The translations under genes and the position numbers were made by a program. The notes below the pieces were generated by a model that saw only the letters and a list, made by a program, of their open reading frames with translations, had not been told where the DNA came from and ran no database searches. Positions 48,117-62,008 of a stretch of 64,000 nucleotides of DNA are shown piece after piece; the stretch's first letter is position 1, and each line of letters opens with the position of its first letter. The stretch comes from Chiloscyllium plagiosum. Lineage: Eukaryota. The stretch spans positions 25,688,427 through 25,752,426 of the forward strand of contig NC_057720.1 in NCBI RefSeq assembly GCF_004010195.1. Direction: 5' to 3'.

Positions 48117-49375
48117 GGACCACAGGCCACCTCCTCCTGTGGATTCAGAGTATCTGGGCCACAGGCCACCTCCCCCTATGGATACAGACAATCTGGGCCA
48201 CAGACCACCTCCCGCTGTGGAAACAGACAATCTGGGCTACAGGCCACCTCCCCCTGTGGAAACAGATAATCTGGGCTACAGGTTACCTCCCCCTGTGGAT
48301 ACAGACAATCTGGGCTACAGGTTACCTCCCCCTGTGGATGCAGACTATCTGGGCCACAGGCCACCTCCTCCTGTGGATACAGACAATCTGGGACACATGC
48401 CACCTCCCCCTGTGGATACAGACAATCTGGGCTACAGGCCACCTCCCCCTGTGGATACAGACAATCTGGGCTACGAGCCACCTCCCCCTGTGAATACAGA
48501 TAATCTGGGCTACAGGTTACCTCCCCCGTGGATACAGACAATCTGGGCCACAGACCACCTCCCCCTGTGGATACAGACAATCTGGGCTACAGGCCACCTC
48601 CCCCTGTGGATGCAGACAATCTGGGCTACAGGTTACCTCTCCCTGTAGATGCAGATTATCTGGGCCACAGGCCACCTCCTCCTGTGGATACAGACTATCT
48701 GGACCACAGGCCACCTCCCCCTGTGATTCAGACTATCTGGGCCATAGACCACCTCCCCATGTGGATACAGACAATCTGGGCCACAGACCACCTCCCCCTG
48801 TGGATACAGATAATCTGGGCCACAGACCACCTCCTCCTGTGGATACAGACAATCTGGGACACATGCCACCTCCCCCTGTGGATACAGACAATCTGGGCTA
48901 CACACCTCCCCCCCCTCTGGGCCAGAGGCCACCTCCCCCTGTGGATAGAACCACCTGGACCATTGGCCACCTCCCCCTGTGGATACAGACTATCTGGGCC
49001 ACAGGCTACCTTCTCCTGTGGATACACACTCTCTGGGCCACAGGCCACCTCCCCCTGTTGATACAGACAATCTGGGCCATAGGCCACACCCCCCTGTGGA
49101 TACAGACTATCTGGACCACAGGCCACCTCCCCCTGTGGTTACAGACTATCTGGGCCACAGGTACCTCCCCCCTGTGGATGCACACTCTCTGGGCCAGAGG
49201 CCACCTCCCCCTGTGGATAGAACCACCTGGACCATTGGCCACCTCCCCCTGTGGATACAGACTATCTGGGCCACAGGCCACCTCCCCCTGTGGATACAGA
49301 TTATCTGGGCAACAGACCACCACCCCTGTGGATACACACTCTCTGGGCCACAGCCCACCTCCCCTTGTGGTTACA
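48117..49375. repeat. 39-bp minisatellite, about 32 units
   Basis: Consensus GGATACAGACAATCTGGGCCACAGGCCACCTCCCCCTGT; variant units and small indels. Confidence 0.97.
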
Positions 49376-50802
49376 AATCACCTCTCCTCCTTTCTACCTC
49401 CTTCACCAGGGTATAAAGTGTAGCACTCAGAACACATGGAACTTGTCTTCTCTCATGTTGTGCTATTTTTCATTGTTTCCCTGGACACACTGCACAATTG
49501 CCACAATGTTTTCCAGCCACAATCCACTTATTCTTTTTAAGGCAAAGGCTATGTTCAAAAGATGCATAACATTTACTTCCTGCTCAAGTGTGTAAACAGT
49601 ACAGTTAACATTGGACTAATCAGTCAAATGAGCAGACAGTGCAAATCTCTGTGCCTGTTTTCACATACTACCTAATTCTCCCCAACCCCACGTCTGCCAG
49701 TTTTAAATTCAAAATATTTGGGCCCAAATATTTCCAATACCTACACTAAGCTTTGTATGCATTTCAGCATCCTGGTCATTAATTCAGCAGAATATGCATT
49801 CAGAAAGTTGTTTTACTTTGCCAATTAAATTTAGAACTGAAGTTTATTATCTTATTTCCATTTATTTCCTATGTTCTAACTGTCTCTATTAATAAATTAT
49901 GTTAGAATAATTGTACTTACTCAAAAATGTCCAAACCTCATTTAATTTGACTAGAACTTCACTAAGATTGTGCTGTAGTCAATGATAATTAATGGTCAGA
50001 GATTATGAACCAGTAGTTGCATATGCAGGAGAGAGTAATGAAAGACTTTTAACTAAATTATATTCCTTGCAGCAAGAGGACCATAAAATGCATTGGCTTA
50101 ACACACAAGAAAAAAGAATATTTCTAGGTGAATTATTTTCATTAGATCCACCTTTAAAAATTGATGATTAGCTACTTTGAGGTTCACTCCTAACTGGGTT
50201 TTTAAATTTAAAGTGTACAATGTGACATGACAGTAATTACTTGAGATCTAAAAGTTGCTATATAATTCAATGTTCTAACAAGTGATAAATTGTAAGCTCC
50301 GTATGGAATTTGATTATGACCTTCTTTAGGACACATGGCCAAGGGTGCACCATTGGTACACACACAACTGAGAGGCCCATCACCAATCTGAAATTAGGCT
50401 CTCAGCCTCAATTATCATATTGAAAGGAGCTGCTGGCTCTGGTTACAAGTCGACAGGCAGCTCAACATTTTAAGTACAGTTGCCTGCTGACATACTAGCA
50501 GTGACCCTAAATTAAATTTCATAGAGAGGTGAAGCAGTAATGAAGGGGTGATGCTAAATGCTGTGGGGTGATTGATGACTGGTGCAGACATGATAGACTG
50601 AAAGGCTTTTTCCAAGCTATAATAACTCTATGACTCTTCTTTAAAAAATTATTCATGAATGGGATGAATGTGTCGCTAGCTAGACCAGCATTTATTGTCC
50701 ATTCCTAATAGCTCACAGAGCAGAGTCAACCACATTGCTGTGGGTCTGGAGTCACACGTAGGCCAGACCAGGTAAGAATGGTAGATTCCTTCCCTAAAGG
50801 GG

Positions 50803-53205
50803 CTTAGACGGGGCAGAATTTCTTAAGTGCATTCAAGAGGGTTTCTTGAAACAGGGTGTGGATAATCTGACTACAGGAGGATCCATACTGGACCTTGTAT
50901 TGGCTAATGAACCTGGCCAGATGACTGACCTTTCAGTGCGAGAGCATTTTGGAAACAGTGATCATAACTCAAGTTTTAAGATAGCTATGAACAAGGATAA
51001 GTCGGGATCTTGCAGGAAGGTACTAAATTGGGGGAGGGCAAATTATATTAGTATTAGGCAGGAGCTAGGGAGTGTTAATTGGGAGGAACTGTTATCATGT
51101 GGGAACTGTTTAAAGACCTGCTGAGGAGAGGTCAAGACCGGCACATTGCAGTAAGGAGGAAGGACAAGGATGGTAAGAAAAGGGCCCTGGGACAATGAGG
51201 GGGGTTGTGAATTTAGTCAAAGGGAAAAATGGAGCATATGTAAAGTGTAGGAAGCTAAGATGGAAAAGGGCCCATGAGGAATATAAGGAAAACAGTCAAG
51301 TACTCAAGCAGGAATTAGGAGAGCAAGAAGGGGTGATGTAATAACCTTGACAAGTAAGGTTAAAGAGATTTCCAAGGCCTTCCATTGCACAATTAAAAAC
51401 AAGAGGATAACTAGGGAAAGGGTAAGACCATTCAAGGATAAAGGAGGGAGCTTGTGCTTGAAGGCATAGGATGCGGGTGAAATCTTAAATGAGTACTTTG
51501 AATTGGTATTCAGCCAGAAAAGGGATATGGAGGATAGTGAGATTTGTCTAGAACATGCTAATATACTAGTGCACTTAGAGATCAAGAAAGAAGTGCTGTT
51601 GGATCTCTTGAAGGGCATTGAGGTGGATAGGTCCCCAGGCCCCCGTAGTATTTACCCCAGGTTACTGAGAAAGGCAAGAGGAGAGATTGCTGGGGCTTTG
51701 ACCAAGATCTTTGTATTCTTGCTAGTTACTGGAGAGGTCCCAGAGGACTGGCGAGTGGCTAATCTTATCCCTTTTGTTCAAGAAGAGAAATAGAGATAAT
51801 CTAGGAAACTACAGACTGGTGAGTCTCACATCGGTGGTTGGGAAGCTATTGAAAAGAATACTTAGGGATAGGATTTACGCATGTTTGGAAAAGCATGGTC
51901 TAATTAGAGACAGTCAGCATGTCTTTGTTCAGGGCAGGTCATGTTTTACTAACTTAATTGAATTTTTCGAGGAGGTGATGAAGGTGATTCATGAGGCTAG
52001 TGCAGTGGATGTTGTCTACATGGATTTTGGTAAGACTTTCAACAAGGTCCTTCATGGTAAGCTCACCTCGAAGATAAAGATGCATTGGATGCATGGCGAC
52101 TTGTCTGCGGGGATTCAGAATTGGCTTGCCCATAGAAGACAGAAGGTGACAGTGGTGGAAGGGTGCTTTTCAGGCTGGAGGTCCATGACTAGAGGTGTTC
52201 TGCAGGGATCTGTATTGGGACCTCGACTGTTTGTGATATGTATAAATGACTTAGATGACATTGTAGATGAGTTGCAGATGAAACAAAGATCAGTGGAGTT
52301 GTGGATAGTATAGAAGGTTGTCAAAGGATACAGTGGGATATAGATCAGTTGCAAATATGGGTAGAGAAATGGCTGATGGAATTTAATCCACATAGGTTTG
52401 GGGTGCTACACTTTCGGAGATGAAATGTTAAGGCAAAGAATAGAGTTAATGTCAGGACTCTGAACAGCTTTGTACAGAAAGATCTTGGGGGTTCAAGTCC
52501 ATAGCTCTCTAAAAGTGACCACGCAAATAGGTAGGGTGATAAAGAAGGCATATGCCGTGCTTGCCTTTATTGGTCAGGGAACTGAATACTAGAGTTAGGA
52601 TGTCATGTTGCAGCTTTATAAGACTTTGGTTCGGCCTCACTTAGAGTATTCAATTCTGGTCGCCAGATTACAGGAAGGATGTGGAGGCTTTGCAGAGGAT
52701 GCTGAAGAGGTTTACCAGGATGCTGAAGAGATCTGTTAGGATGCTGCCTGGATTAGAGGGTATGTGCTATAAGGAGAGGCTAGAAAAACTCAGGTTGTTT
52801 TCTCATGAGCATTGGAGGCTGAGGGGAGACCTGATAGAAGTCTATAAAATTGTGAGATACAGAGATCGGGTTTAGAGTCAGAATCTTTTTCCCAGAGCTG
52901 AAATGTCTAATATTAGGGGGTCGTTCATTAAAGGTGAGGGGGGTAAATTCAAAGGAGATGTGAGGGGTAGATGGTTTATGCAGACAGCAGTAGGAGTCTG
53001 GAATGCACTGCCAGGGCTGGTGATGGAGGGAGATATGATAAGGGCATTTAAGAGATTTTTAGATAAGCACCTGAATATGCAAGGAATGGAAGGATATGGA
53101 CTAACGGCAGGTAGAAGGAATTAGTTTCATTTGACGTCATGTTCAGTACAATATTACGGGCCAAAGGGCCGTGTCCTGTGCTGTACAGTTCTATATACTG
53201 TGTTC
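50803..53205 (+). mobile_element. 5'-truncated CR1 LINE (end of endonuclease, RT, 3' UTR), decayed
   Basis: ILDLVL..HFGNSDHN; SPGPRSIYPRLL; NYRLVSLTSVVGKLL; VYMDFGKTFNKV; LQGSVLGP; WRLRGDLIEVYK. Confidence 0.92.
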
Positions 53206-53839
53206 TAAAAGACATCTGTGATACAAATGGGTTTTACCTGACAACTGATAATTAATTCATGGTCATCATTAAACACTTAATTCTAGATTTTCATTGGATT
53301 CACATTCCATGGTGGGATCTGCCATGGTGGGTTTTGAACCCAGGTCCCCAAAATATGTGAGTGAGGCAGATCATTAGCTCCTGGCTCTCTTGACTCTGGA
53401 AGCTCATCAGACTCCAAGTGCAGCAAGGGAGATTCTAAAGCAAGTGTTGAGCCACTCATGTCCACGTGTATGGGAAATTGCACCTCTTTAGGGTAGCTAC
53501 TGGAAATGTTCCATCTGATTTTGATTGTCAAAATTATTTCACCTATTTAATGGTAGAAAAAGCTCCAGGATGTCTAATTTCTGTTCTGAAGTGTCTATCA
53601 CATAGTATATATTCACTGAATTGTGGTGCTTGTTTTCCATTGGTCTGGACTGAATGTAGTGAGAAGTTGGATGTTTGGTGTGGGCTGGAGTAAGAAGATT
53701 GTTGCAGCACTCCTTTCTTAATGACATTGAGTGGTTACTCAGCCATTTTGGCACCTTTACCCATTTACTGCACATGCTGAGCCTGAATGTGGCAGGATGA
53801 TGCAAGCATGTTTCTCATTATCTCACTGTCTCACTATGT

Positions 53840-54147
53840 AGTGGTTCAGTGGTTAGCACTTCTGCCTCACAGTGCCTCACAAGTTTGATTCCACCCCTGG
53901 GTGACTGTCTGTATGGAGTTTACACATTCTCCCTGTGTCTGTGTGGGTGTCCTCAGTCCAAGGATATGCAGGTTGGGTTGCTTGGTCATGCTAAATTGCC
54001 ATAGTGTCTGGGGATGTACAGGCTAGGTGGATTAGCCATGGGAAAATACAGGCATACAGGGATGGGGTGGGTCTGGATGGGATGCTGTTCAGAGGGTCGA
54101 TGTGGGTTGAATGGCCTGTTTCCACACTGTGAGGGATTCTATGATTC
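53840..54147 (+). mobile_element. HE1-type SINE
   Basis: cagtggttagcact..gcctcacag, acattctccctgtgtctg, tggcctgtttccacactgt..gggattctatgatt. Confidence 0.85.
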
Positions 54148-54469
54148 CATGGTGAAGAGTGCTCAGCCTCCATTTGAAGGCTGTGCCATCAATGACCATT
54201 CTGCGATGCTCACTCCTTCTGTTTCCATGTGCAGATGATTTCCAGTGGTGTGTTGCTGTGGCTGCCTAACTAAGAATGCCAAGAGGAACAGGATAAGGGG
54301 CACTGAGTTCAGGGAGAGGTCACAGCCACATCACCCATCAGGATGCGAGGGGTCCACAGGAGGCCCAGATTTATCAGCCTCAACTCTGTTTCCTGGGTAT
54401 GAGCAGGGCACAGTGTCATGACAGGCTCCGCACATCGCGGGACATGGTAATGGAACTATGCTCATTGCT

Positions 54470-55110
54470 GGAGTGAGATAGGAGAGCTGACGGTGGCTGG
54501 GTTGGTAACAGTTACTCTGAAATTCCATTTGACTGGCTGCTCCTAGAGAGTGGTAGGTGATCTGTGTAGAAGTCATCGGTCATGTGCACACGAGTACATC
54601 AGGGCAGTGACTGATGCCATCTGTGCAAGGTCACACTGGTTCACTCTATCTCCCCACATTGAGATCAGTGCTGTAGTCTGGCCAATAGGATGTAGGAACA
54701 CAGATGGGTTCCTCCAACTGCAGGGTGACATCGACTGCACAATAGGAGAATGTTTGGAATTGTCCAACTGCTTCCATCAATGTGATGTTCCCCTACTGGA
54801 CAGTCACAACCTGCAGATCTACAATGGACTCTGTGCAAGGCTGACTTAGGGGGTATTAATATGGGTTGTAGATATGGACAGGTGGATTGTGGTAGCATCG
54901 TGGTTAAAGACTGATGAGACTGAGAGAATAGGGTCATATAGGGGAGACTATGTGCCGTGAACAGCTTTTTTTTTTGCTATTGAATGGCAATGCCAGATTG
55001 CCAATGCCTTTCCAGGTGCATTGTGGTCTTTTAAAGATGACACAAGAGATGACAGTCTTTTGGTTGATATCCAGCAAGTGATGAGTTGTTCTGGGAATGG
55101 CACATGGTAA
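54470..55110 (+). pseudogene. PIF/Harbinger (HARBI1-like) DDE transposase fossil
   Basis: ORF 54550-54849 VGDLCRSHRSCAHEYIRAVTDAICARSHWF...GFLQLQGDIDCT resembles the Harbinger pattern GDLCGISQS.VH..IR.VTDAL...GFP.VQGAIDCTH; upstream stop and later decay. Confidence 0.7.
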
Positions 55111-56339
55111 GATGGGATTGGAATCAGATATGAGAGACTCCAGAGAGCAAGGTGCGCAGTTACTGAGATGAGTTTGGTAAGATACTTTGAGAATAGCCTC
55201 GAGGCCTCACACAGGAAATCCCTCCAAAGCAACCGATTCAGACTTGGTCAAAACAAATGTCAGTTTCAGCCTTTTGTATCTGTCTTCACTCAGAAAAGTA
55301 CAAGAAATCTCCCAGAATAAGAAATCGAAGGGACTGAGGAGAATGAGGAATTTGAAGAAGTTAGTATAAGTAGGCGATTGTTCTGGAGATATTCATTGGA
55401 TAGATAAGTTTATGAAATCTGATATTCTGGGCTGTAAAGTATTGAAAGTGGTAGCTATGGAGAGAGTAGATGCATTGGTCATCATCTTCCAAAATTCTAT
55501 AGACTCTGAAATACTTCGCAAAATTGCAAGGTAGCAAATGTTACCTCATATTTATGAAGTGAAGAAGAGAGAAAATAGTGAACTACAGATCTGTTAGCCT
55601 TATATCTGCAGTACAAAATGCTAAAGGCTACTAAATGCTAAAACAAACGTGACAAATGGTCGATTGGATAGTAATGATCTGATTGGGCACAGTTAGCAGG
55701 GATTTGCGAGTGGGAGATCTTGTTTGTTGAACATGTCAGAATTGTTTAAAGATGTGACTAACAGAAGTGGAACTATTGGTTAACAAAATAAAGGCGTGAA
55801 GATGAATGACAACACCACCCCACTCATAACCAACTGCGCCCAACATGACTTGACTGTGACAAGCACTGTTTCCCATCAGAAGAACCAATACAAGACTATG
55901 TGGAGGCATCCAAGTCTGAACATTGGCATGTTGTGCACGATGTTGTTGATCAAGGCAGAGTGTTGAGGGATGTGCTTGTTACAAGGATCACTTTGAAACA
56001 TACAAAAGATATAATGAAATAAACAGGGTAGCAAGTAAGATGTTTCTCATAGAAACTTAGGACTAAGTAATAGGAGTAGGCTATTCGGTCCCTCAAACTT
56101 GCATTGCTATTTTAGGTCATGGCTGACCATCTACCTCAATGCCATCTTGAAATGCTTCTGATGTACATTTGTGAGCACAATGTTGGTGGAATGGCTGTGT
56201 TCTGTTTTAGGGGCAGAATTCTGCAAACCCTTTGAATTTCAAGAGAGTGGTGCAAGATTTTTACAAGGAGATCAATGTGTCAGTTGGCTGATAACAAATA
56301 CCTCTTTCGATATCAGGGGCTTGAGTTGCAAAACCTAGT

Positions 56340-56845
56340 GAGTTATAGCATGATTTGGAATTGGAACATTGAAGGGAAATAAAATTAAATCCTTGCAGGA
56401 TGTATGGAGTGAGGAGGTGTAGTCAAGGTAACTATGGGAACCGGAAGATTGTAGTGGATATTGATGGACAGCTTTATCCTTAGAAATGGAAACGGTGAAG
56501 TCAAGGAAAGAAGGGGAAGAGTGAGAGATGAACCAGGTGAAGGTGCGAGAATGATGGAAATTGGAATCAAAACTGATCAATTCTTTCAATTCTGACAAGA
56601 GCAGGAAGCGGTTCTAAAGATATCATCAATATATTGGAGAGAGAGTTATGGGTTATGAGCCTGGGTAAGGTTGGAACAAGAAGTCCAAGGGAGGGTCATT
56701 GGACCTGAAACATTAACTCTGATTTCTCTACACAGATGCTGCCAGACTGGTGCAGCTGGCACCCATGTAGGTACCCAGAGTCACACTTTTAACTTGGCGA
56801 AAGTGAGGTGAGATAAAGGATAAGTTGTTCAATGTGAGAAATGAA
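56340..56845 (-). mobile_element. Decayed PLE RT fragments interleaved with family-1-related repeats (56690-56950)
   Basis: FLTLNNL...QVKSVTLGTYMG; NFHHSRTFTW..SFLDFTVSI..SHSYLDYTSS. Confidence 0.7.
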
Positions 56846-56984
56846 CTCTCAGCATTAGCTCTGTTTCTCTTGCTGCAGATGCTGCCTGTCCTGTTGAGTT
56901 TCTCCAACCTTGTCTGCATTTGTTTAGATTTCCAGCATTTGCAGTATTTTGTATCTATTTGGGAAGGGGAAAGAGTGGGAATTG

Positions 56985-57412
56985 CATGAAACGCTATATA
57001 GAACAAACAGGCAGACAGCTAGCAAACTGCATTCACGAATACCAACTAGCCACTAACTGCCACAACAGCTGTCTCTAGTAGCCATACACACAGATGACAA
57101 GGACGACAGATGACTGGGGCAACACAACGATCATAAGACAAGCTAAACAGAGAATAGCTAGAGAATTTCTAGAAGCATGGCACTCATCCATGGACTCCAT
57201 CAACAAACACGTTGACCTAGACTCAATATACCAGCCACTACAATGAACAGCCGAAACCGGAAACTGGAAGCAGCAGGAACAGAATTAAATAAACTTTAGA
57301 AGAGATAGTACAGCAGCGCTTCACAGGAGGTCCAAAGCACTGAAGATGTCACCTAGACAGGGGACAAAACACCTGCAAATCAACTTCCCAGCTCGGCGGA
57401 CATACCCACAAC
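56985..57412 (+). mobile_element. Penelope/Poseidon-type PLE 3' end (GIY-YIG and family-3 repeat)
   Basis: RYIEQTGRQLANCIHEY; REFLEAWHSSMDSINKHVDLDSIYQPL; homologous to 6858-7090. Confidence 0.8.
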
Positions 57413-57481
57413 TATGGGAGGGGGAGGGGATTGTTTGTAGTTGAAACGTAAGCTTGTGACAAGCAAGAAACAGTCTTCACT

Positions 57482-57690
57482 AAGTTAAAGATCACACAAC
57501 ACCAGGTTATAGTCAAAAGATTTATTTGGAAGCACTAGCTTCCAAATTCTATATCTTATGGTCCTGCTCCACAGCTACCTGATGAAGGAGCAGCGTTCTG
57601 AAAACTAATGCTTCCAAATAAACCTGTTGGACTGATGTTGTGTGATTTTTAACTCTGCCCACCCCAGTCCAACACCAGCTCCTCTACATC
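57482..57690. mobile_element. Family-2 fold-back element
   Basis: agttaaagatcacacaacacc...ggaagcactagc / acctgatgaaggagcagcgttctgaaaactaatgcttccaaataaa. Confidence 0.8.
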
Positions 57691-58007
57691 AAGCCTACAT
57701 AAAACTATTCTACTCTCAGTGTATTCTTTTCAAATTGGATGTCCAAATAACAGTAACCCCCAGCATAATGATAGTGGAGCACTTGCCAATAGTTCTAACT
57801 ACTTGGCTGACTGGAATTCGTTTACAACTCAGAAACATAGCTTTTACAATGCAGCAGTCTTCATCTCACCAATTCATTCCATTTAATCATTATGAAGATG
57901 GGTCATTGGACCCAAAACATTGACTCTGTTTTCACTCCACAGATGCTGCCAGACCTGCTGAGTTTCTCCAGAAATTTTGTTTTTTGTGTGCAATAAATAT
58001 TGTATTA

Positions 58008-61000
58008 GTGAGGCAGGTAGGGGGATTCTGAGTTCAGGAGTGCCGGAGCCCCAGCCTCTGATCTTGTCCAACAGATTTGAGACTCTTACTCCCTGTATGG
58101 GTGAGGAAAAGGGCTGTGGGCAGGATGAGCCAGCTGACCATGGCACCATGGTGCAGAAGGCCATTCAAGAGGGGGGAGCAAAAAGACAAGTAGTTGTAAT
58201 TGGGGATTCTATAATTAGGGGGACAGATAATACCCTTGGCAAGCTGGATTGGGAGTCCCGCATGATGTGTTGCCTGCCTGGTGCCAGGGCGCAGGACATC
58301 TCTGACCGGCTTGAAAGGATATTGGAGTGGGATGGGGAGGATCTAGTTGTTGTGGTCCATGTTGGAGCTAACAACGTAGACAAAGCAAAGGTAGAGGACC
58401 TGTTTGGAGATTATCAAGCGCTAGGAAAGAAATTAAAGTACAGGTCCTCAAGGGTCATAATCTCTAGATTACTGCCCGGACCACGTGCCAATTGGCAAAG
58501 GGATAAGAAAGTTAGGGAAGTAAACATGTGGCTAAGGAATTGGCAGGAAAAAGGGATTCCATTTCATGGGGAATTGACATCAGTTTTGGAACTGGAGGGA
58601 TCTGTACCATTGAGCTGGAACCAGTGTTCTAGCATAAAGAATAAATAGGGTGGTCACTAGGACTTTAAATCTCTGAGTCGGGGAAAGGGAAAGCAAAAGT
58701 GTCAGGGATTATGGAGTTAAATGAAGAGATAAACAGCAGGATAGCATATGTGCATAGATTAGATTAGATTACTTACAGTGTGGAAACAGGCCCTTCGGCC
58801 CAACAAGTCCACACCGCCCCGCCGAAGCACAACCCACCCATACTCCCAACCTAACACTACGGGCAATTTAGCATGGCCAATTCACCTGACCTGCACATCT
58901 TTGGACTGTGGGAGGAAACCGGAGCACCCGGAGGAAACCCACGCAGACACGGGGAGAATGTGCAAACTCCACACAGTCAGTCGCCTGAGGTGGGAATTGA
59001 ACCCGGGTCTCTGGCGCTGTGAGGCAGCTGTGCCAACCACTGTGCCACCGTGCCGCCCACAATGCTCGAGGTTTATGCTCGAGGCAGACTAGGAATGCAG
59101 CAAGAAAAGATATCTTAGGACATCTTATGATTTCTAATATCTCTAATAATGATAAGAAAGTTAGCATTAAGACACTTTACCTGAATGCTTATACTATTCA
59201 TAACAAATTGGATGAATTAACGGCACAAATCATCGTGAATGATTATGATGTGGTAGGCATCACAGAGACGTGGTTGCATGGGGTTCAGGACTGGCAGTTA
59301 AACATCCAAGGATTTACAATTTATCGAAAAGACAGAGAGGTGGGCAGAGGGGGGCGAGGTTGCCTTGTTCGTTAAGAATGGAATTAAATCTATGACACTG
59401 AATGATAGAGGGTCAGATGATGTGGAGTCTGTGTGGGAGGAATTGAGGAATCACAAAGGTAAAAATACCATGATGGGAGTTACATACAGACCTCCTAACA
59501 GTGGTCAGGACCAGGGGCGCAAGATATACTGGGAAATTGATGGGGCATGTCAGAAAGGCAAGGTCACGGTGACCATGGGGGTCTTCAATATGCAGGGGAC
59601 TGGGTGAATAATGTTGCCAGTGGATTCAAAGAAAGGGAATTCGTGGAATGCTTACAGGATGGCTTTTTGGAACAGCTTGTGATGCAGCCCACAAGGGAGT
59701 AGGCTATTCTGGACTTAGTGCTATATAATGAGTCAGACTTTATAAAAAATCTTAAAGTAAGGGAACACTCAGGAGGCAGCGATCATAATGTGGTAGAGTT
59801 CAGGTTGCAGTTTAAAATAGAGAAGGCAAAATCGGATGTAATGGTGTTACAATTAAGTAAAGGTAATTACAGGGGCGTGAAAGAGGAACTGACGAAAATT
59901 GACTGAAAGCAGAACCTAGAGCAACAATGGCAGGAGTTTCTGCGTGTAGTTGAGGACACTGTACAGAGGTTCATCGCAAAGAAAAGAAAGATTATCTGGG
60001 GGGGATTAGACAGCCATGGCTGACAAAGGAAGTCACGAAATGTATTAAAGAAAAAGTGAGAGCCTGCAAAGTGGCCAAGAGCACTGGGAAATCAAAAGAT
60101 TGGGAAGGCTACAAAATCAAACCGAGGATTACAAAGAGAAAAATAAGGAAGGAGAGGATCAAATATGAAGGTAAGCTGGCAGTAATGATAGTGAAAGTTT
60201 CTTTCAATTCATAAGAAACAAACGAGAAGCAAAAGTAGACATTGGGCCGCACCAAAGTGATGCAGGAAGCTTAGTGATGGGAGATAAGGAAATAGCTGAA
60301 GAACTTAATAAGTACTTTGCATCAATCTTCACAGTGGAAGACATGAGTAATATCCCAACAATTAAGGGGGGCCAGGGGACAGAGTTGGTAGCTATTACAA
60401 AAGGTGAAGTGCTGAAAAGTCAAAAGGTCTAAAAATTGATAAATCTCCTGGCCCAATGGGCTACATTCTAGAGTTCTGAGGGAGGTGGCTGTCAAAATAA
60501 CAGAGGCGTTGGTTGTGATCTTTCAAAAGTCACTGGAGTCAGGGAAAGTCCCAGATGATTGGAAAATCGCTGTTGTAACCCCCTTGTTCAAGGAAGGATC
60601 AGGACAAAAGATGGAAAATTATAGGCTGATTGGCCTAACCTCAGTTGTTGGTAAAATTCTACAATCCATTGTTAAGGATGAGATTTCTAAATTCTTGGAA
60701 GTGCAGGGTCAGATTAGAACAAGTCAGCATGAGTTTAGTAATAGGAGATTGTGCCCGACAAACCCATTAAAATTCCTTGAAGGGGTAACAAGTAGGTTAG
60801 ACCAGAGAAACCCAGTGGATGTTATCTATCTAGACTTCCAAAAGGCCTTTGGTAAGGTGCCTCACGAGAGGCTACTGAGTAAGGTGAGGGCCCATGGTGT
60901 TTGAGGTGAGCTACTGACATGGATTGAGGATTGGTTGTCTGACAGAAGGCAGAGAGTTGGGATAAAAGGTTCTTTTTTGGAATGGCAGCTAGTGACAAGT

Positions 61001-62008
61001 GGGGTCCCACAGGGTTCAGTGTTGGGGCCGTAGCTGTTCATTTTATATATTAATGATTTGGATGAAGGGACTGAGGGCATTCTGGTGAAGTTTGTCGATG
61101 ATACGAAGTTAGATGGATAGGCAAGTAGTACTGAGGAGGTGGGGAGGCTGCAGAAAGATGTCGACAGTTTAGGAGAGTGGTCCAGGAAATGGCTGATGAA
61201 ATTCACTGTGAGCAAATGTGAGGTCGTGCACTTTGGGAAAAAGAATACAGGCGTGGACTATTTTCTAAACAGTGAGAAAATTCATAAAGCCAAAGTACAA
61301 AGGGATCTGGAAGCGCTAGTTGAGGATTCTCTCAAGGTTAACTTGCAGGTTGAGTCCATGATTAAGAAAACAAATGTAATGTTGTCATTTATCTCAAGAC
61401 GGTTAAAATATAAAAGCAACAATGTGCTTATGAGACTTCATAAAGCTCTAGTTAGCCCCCATTTAGAATACTGTGTTCAATTTTGGTCCCCATACCTCAG
61501 GAAGGACATACTGGCACTGGAGCATTTCTACTGGAGATTCACACGGATGATTCCCTGGAATGATAGGCCTAACATACGACGAATGGCTGAGGATCCTGGG
61601 ATTGTATTCATTCGAGTTTAGAAGGTTGAAGGGAGATCTAATAGAAATTTACAAGATAACGTAAGGCTTAGAAAGAGTGGACACTGGTAAGTTGTTTCGA
61701 TGGCGGGGAGGCTAGGACCCGTGGGCACAGCCTTAGAATTAGAGGAGGTCAATTTAGAACAGGAATGAGGAGATATTTCTTCAGCTAGAGAGTGGTGGGC
61801 CTTTGCTATGAAGCGCAGTGGAGGCCGGAACATTAAGTGTCTTCAAGGCAGAAATTTATAAATTTTTGATCTCACAAGGAATTAAGGGCTACAGGGAGAG
61901 TGAGGGTAAGTGGAGTTGAAATGCCCATCAGCCATGATTAAATGGCAGAATGGACTCGATGGGCCAAATGGTCTTACTCCAATCCTATACCTTATAGTCT
62001 TATGGTCT
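58008..62008 (+). mobile_element. Near full-length CR1 LINE: ORF1 SGNH/GDSL esterase domain, ORF2 endonuclease and RT, 3' UTR; inactivated
   Basis: ORF1 LSNRFETL..VIGDSIIRG..CCLPGAR..VVHVGANN; ORF2 LYLNA..VGITETWL, YRPPN, SDHN, YLDFQKAF, PQGSVLGP, KFVDDTK, PHLEYCVQFW; cttatagtcttatggtctt tail. Confidence 0.95.
58757..59058 (-). mobile_element. Young-looking HE1-type SINE inserted between CR1 ORF1 and ORF2
   Basis: CpG-rich copy: gggcggcacggtggcacagtggttgg...cccgggttcaattccc; (AATCT)n tail. Confidence 0.92.

Noticed and set aside
48117..49375. CRISPR-like array of palindromic 39-bp repeats, or a proline-rich protein gene
   Set aside because: No unique spacers, no cas genes, eukaryotic context; reading frames shift repeatedly
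57977..58648. Host GDSL lipase/esterase gene
   Set aside because: Lies directly upstream of CR1 ORF2, so it is the CR1 ORF1 esterase domain; frameshifted at its end
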